Shown: one piece after another, positions 31,916 to 32,000 of the stretch
Numbering within the stretch: the first letter of the stretch is position 1
Layout of the letters: each line of letters begins with the position of its first letter
NCBI GenBank assembly: GCA_045568075.1
Contig: JBJLBP010000001.1
Coordinates: 780,001-812,000, forward strand
Length of the DNA: 32,000 nucleotides
Direction of reading: 5' to 3'
From: Candidatus Thalassarchaeaceae archaeon
GTDB lineage: Archaea > Thermoplasmatota > Poseidoniia > Poseidoniales > Thalassarchaeaceae
Position numbers and translations under genes: made by a program
The notes under the pieces: model-generated
Told to the model about the DNA's origin: nothing
Seen by the model: only the letters and a program-made list of their open reading frames with translations
Database searches by the model: none

Positions 31916-32000
31916 CTCCTCTAATCTTGATACTAGTGCCGCTACTACGTAGCGTGGCTTCCGAGAACGGTTATAACAGAACTTTTGGTCGCCGCGACGC

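Noticed and set aside
31941-31953. GCTAC-TAC-GTAGC hairpin after purD as a terminator
   Set aside because: The perfect stem is only 5 bp with a bulged extension, which is too weak to call on its own. It is mentioned only as consistent with the post-stop hairpin pattern.

Overview
The window is archaeal chromosomal DNA. The evidence is a CDP-archaeol synthase gene, a stand-alone GMP synthase subunit B, PGF-CTERM sorting tails, and Shine-Dalgarno boxes matching GGAGGTGAT. By inference it comes from a planktonic marine euryarchaeote of the Marine Group II / Poseidoniales type. A housekeeping backbone of purine, one-carbon and lipid genes (purE, guaA-B, glyA, deoA, carS, purD, plus tRNA-Asn and tRNA-Met/Ile2) is interrupted by blocks of very large cell-surface proteins. 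Block 1 (1964-6897, minus strand) holds two tandem hyper-acidic proteins made of thrombospondin type-3-like calcium-binding repeats, both ending in PGF-CTERM. Block 2 (8329-12300, plus strand) is a 1323-aa lipoprotein with five Ig-like repeats, an M60-like HEXXH metallopeptidase and an FN3-like tail. Block 3 (12326-25453, minus strand) is a six-gene co-directional cluster: a multi-OB-fold membrane protein, a TctA/DUF112-like permease, a CD36/LIMP-2-family protein with a ~400-aa insertion, a 1531-aa LTD-PhoX-LTD-PLD(2xHKD)-TSP3-TM protein, thymidine phosphorylase joined by an ATGA overlap, and a DUF1624/acyltransferase-3-like membrane protein. I read block 3 as a candidate undescribed surface system for harvesting extracellular nucleic acid and/or phospholipid. 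The archaeal CD36 homologue is the most unusual single gene in the window. Block 4 (25843-29788) encodes three uncharacterised envelope proteins. Other observations are a 70% GC structured 107-nt spacer, a recurring set of perfect short hairpins just after stop codons, a canonical G-quadruplex motif, and a marked GC dip inside the giant gene. All family calls rest on motif recognition by eye, with no database search.
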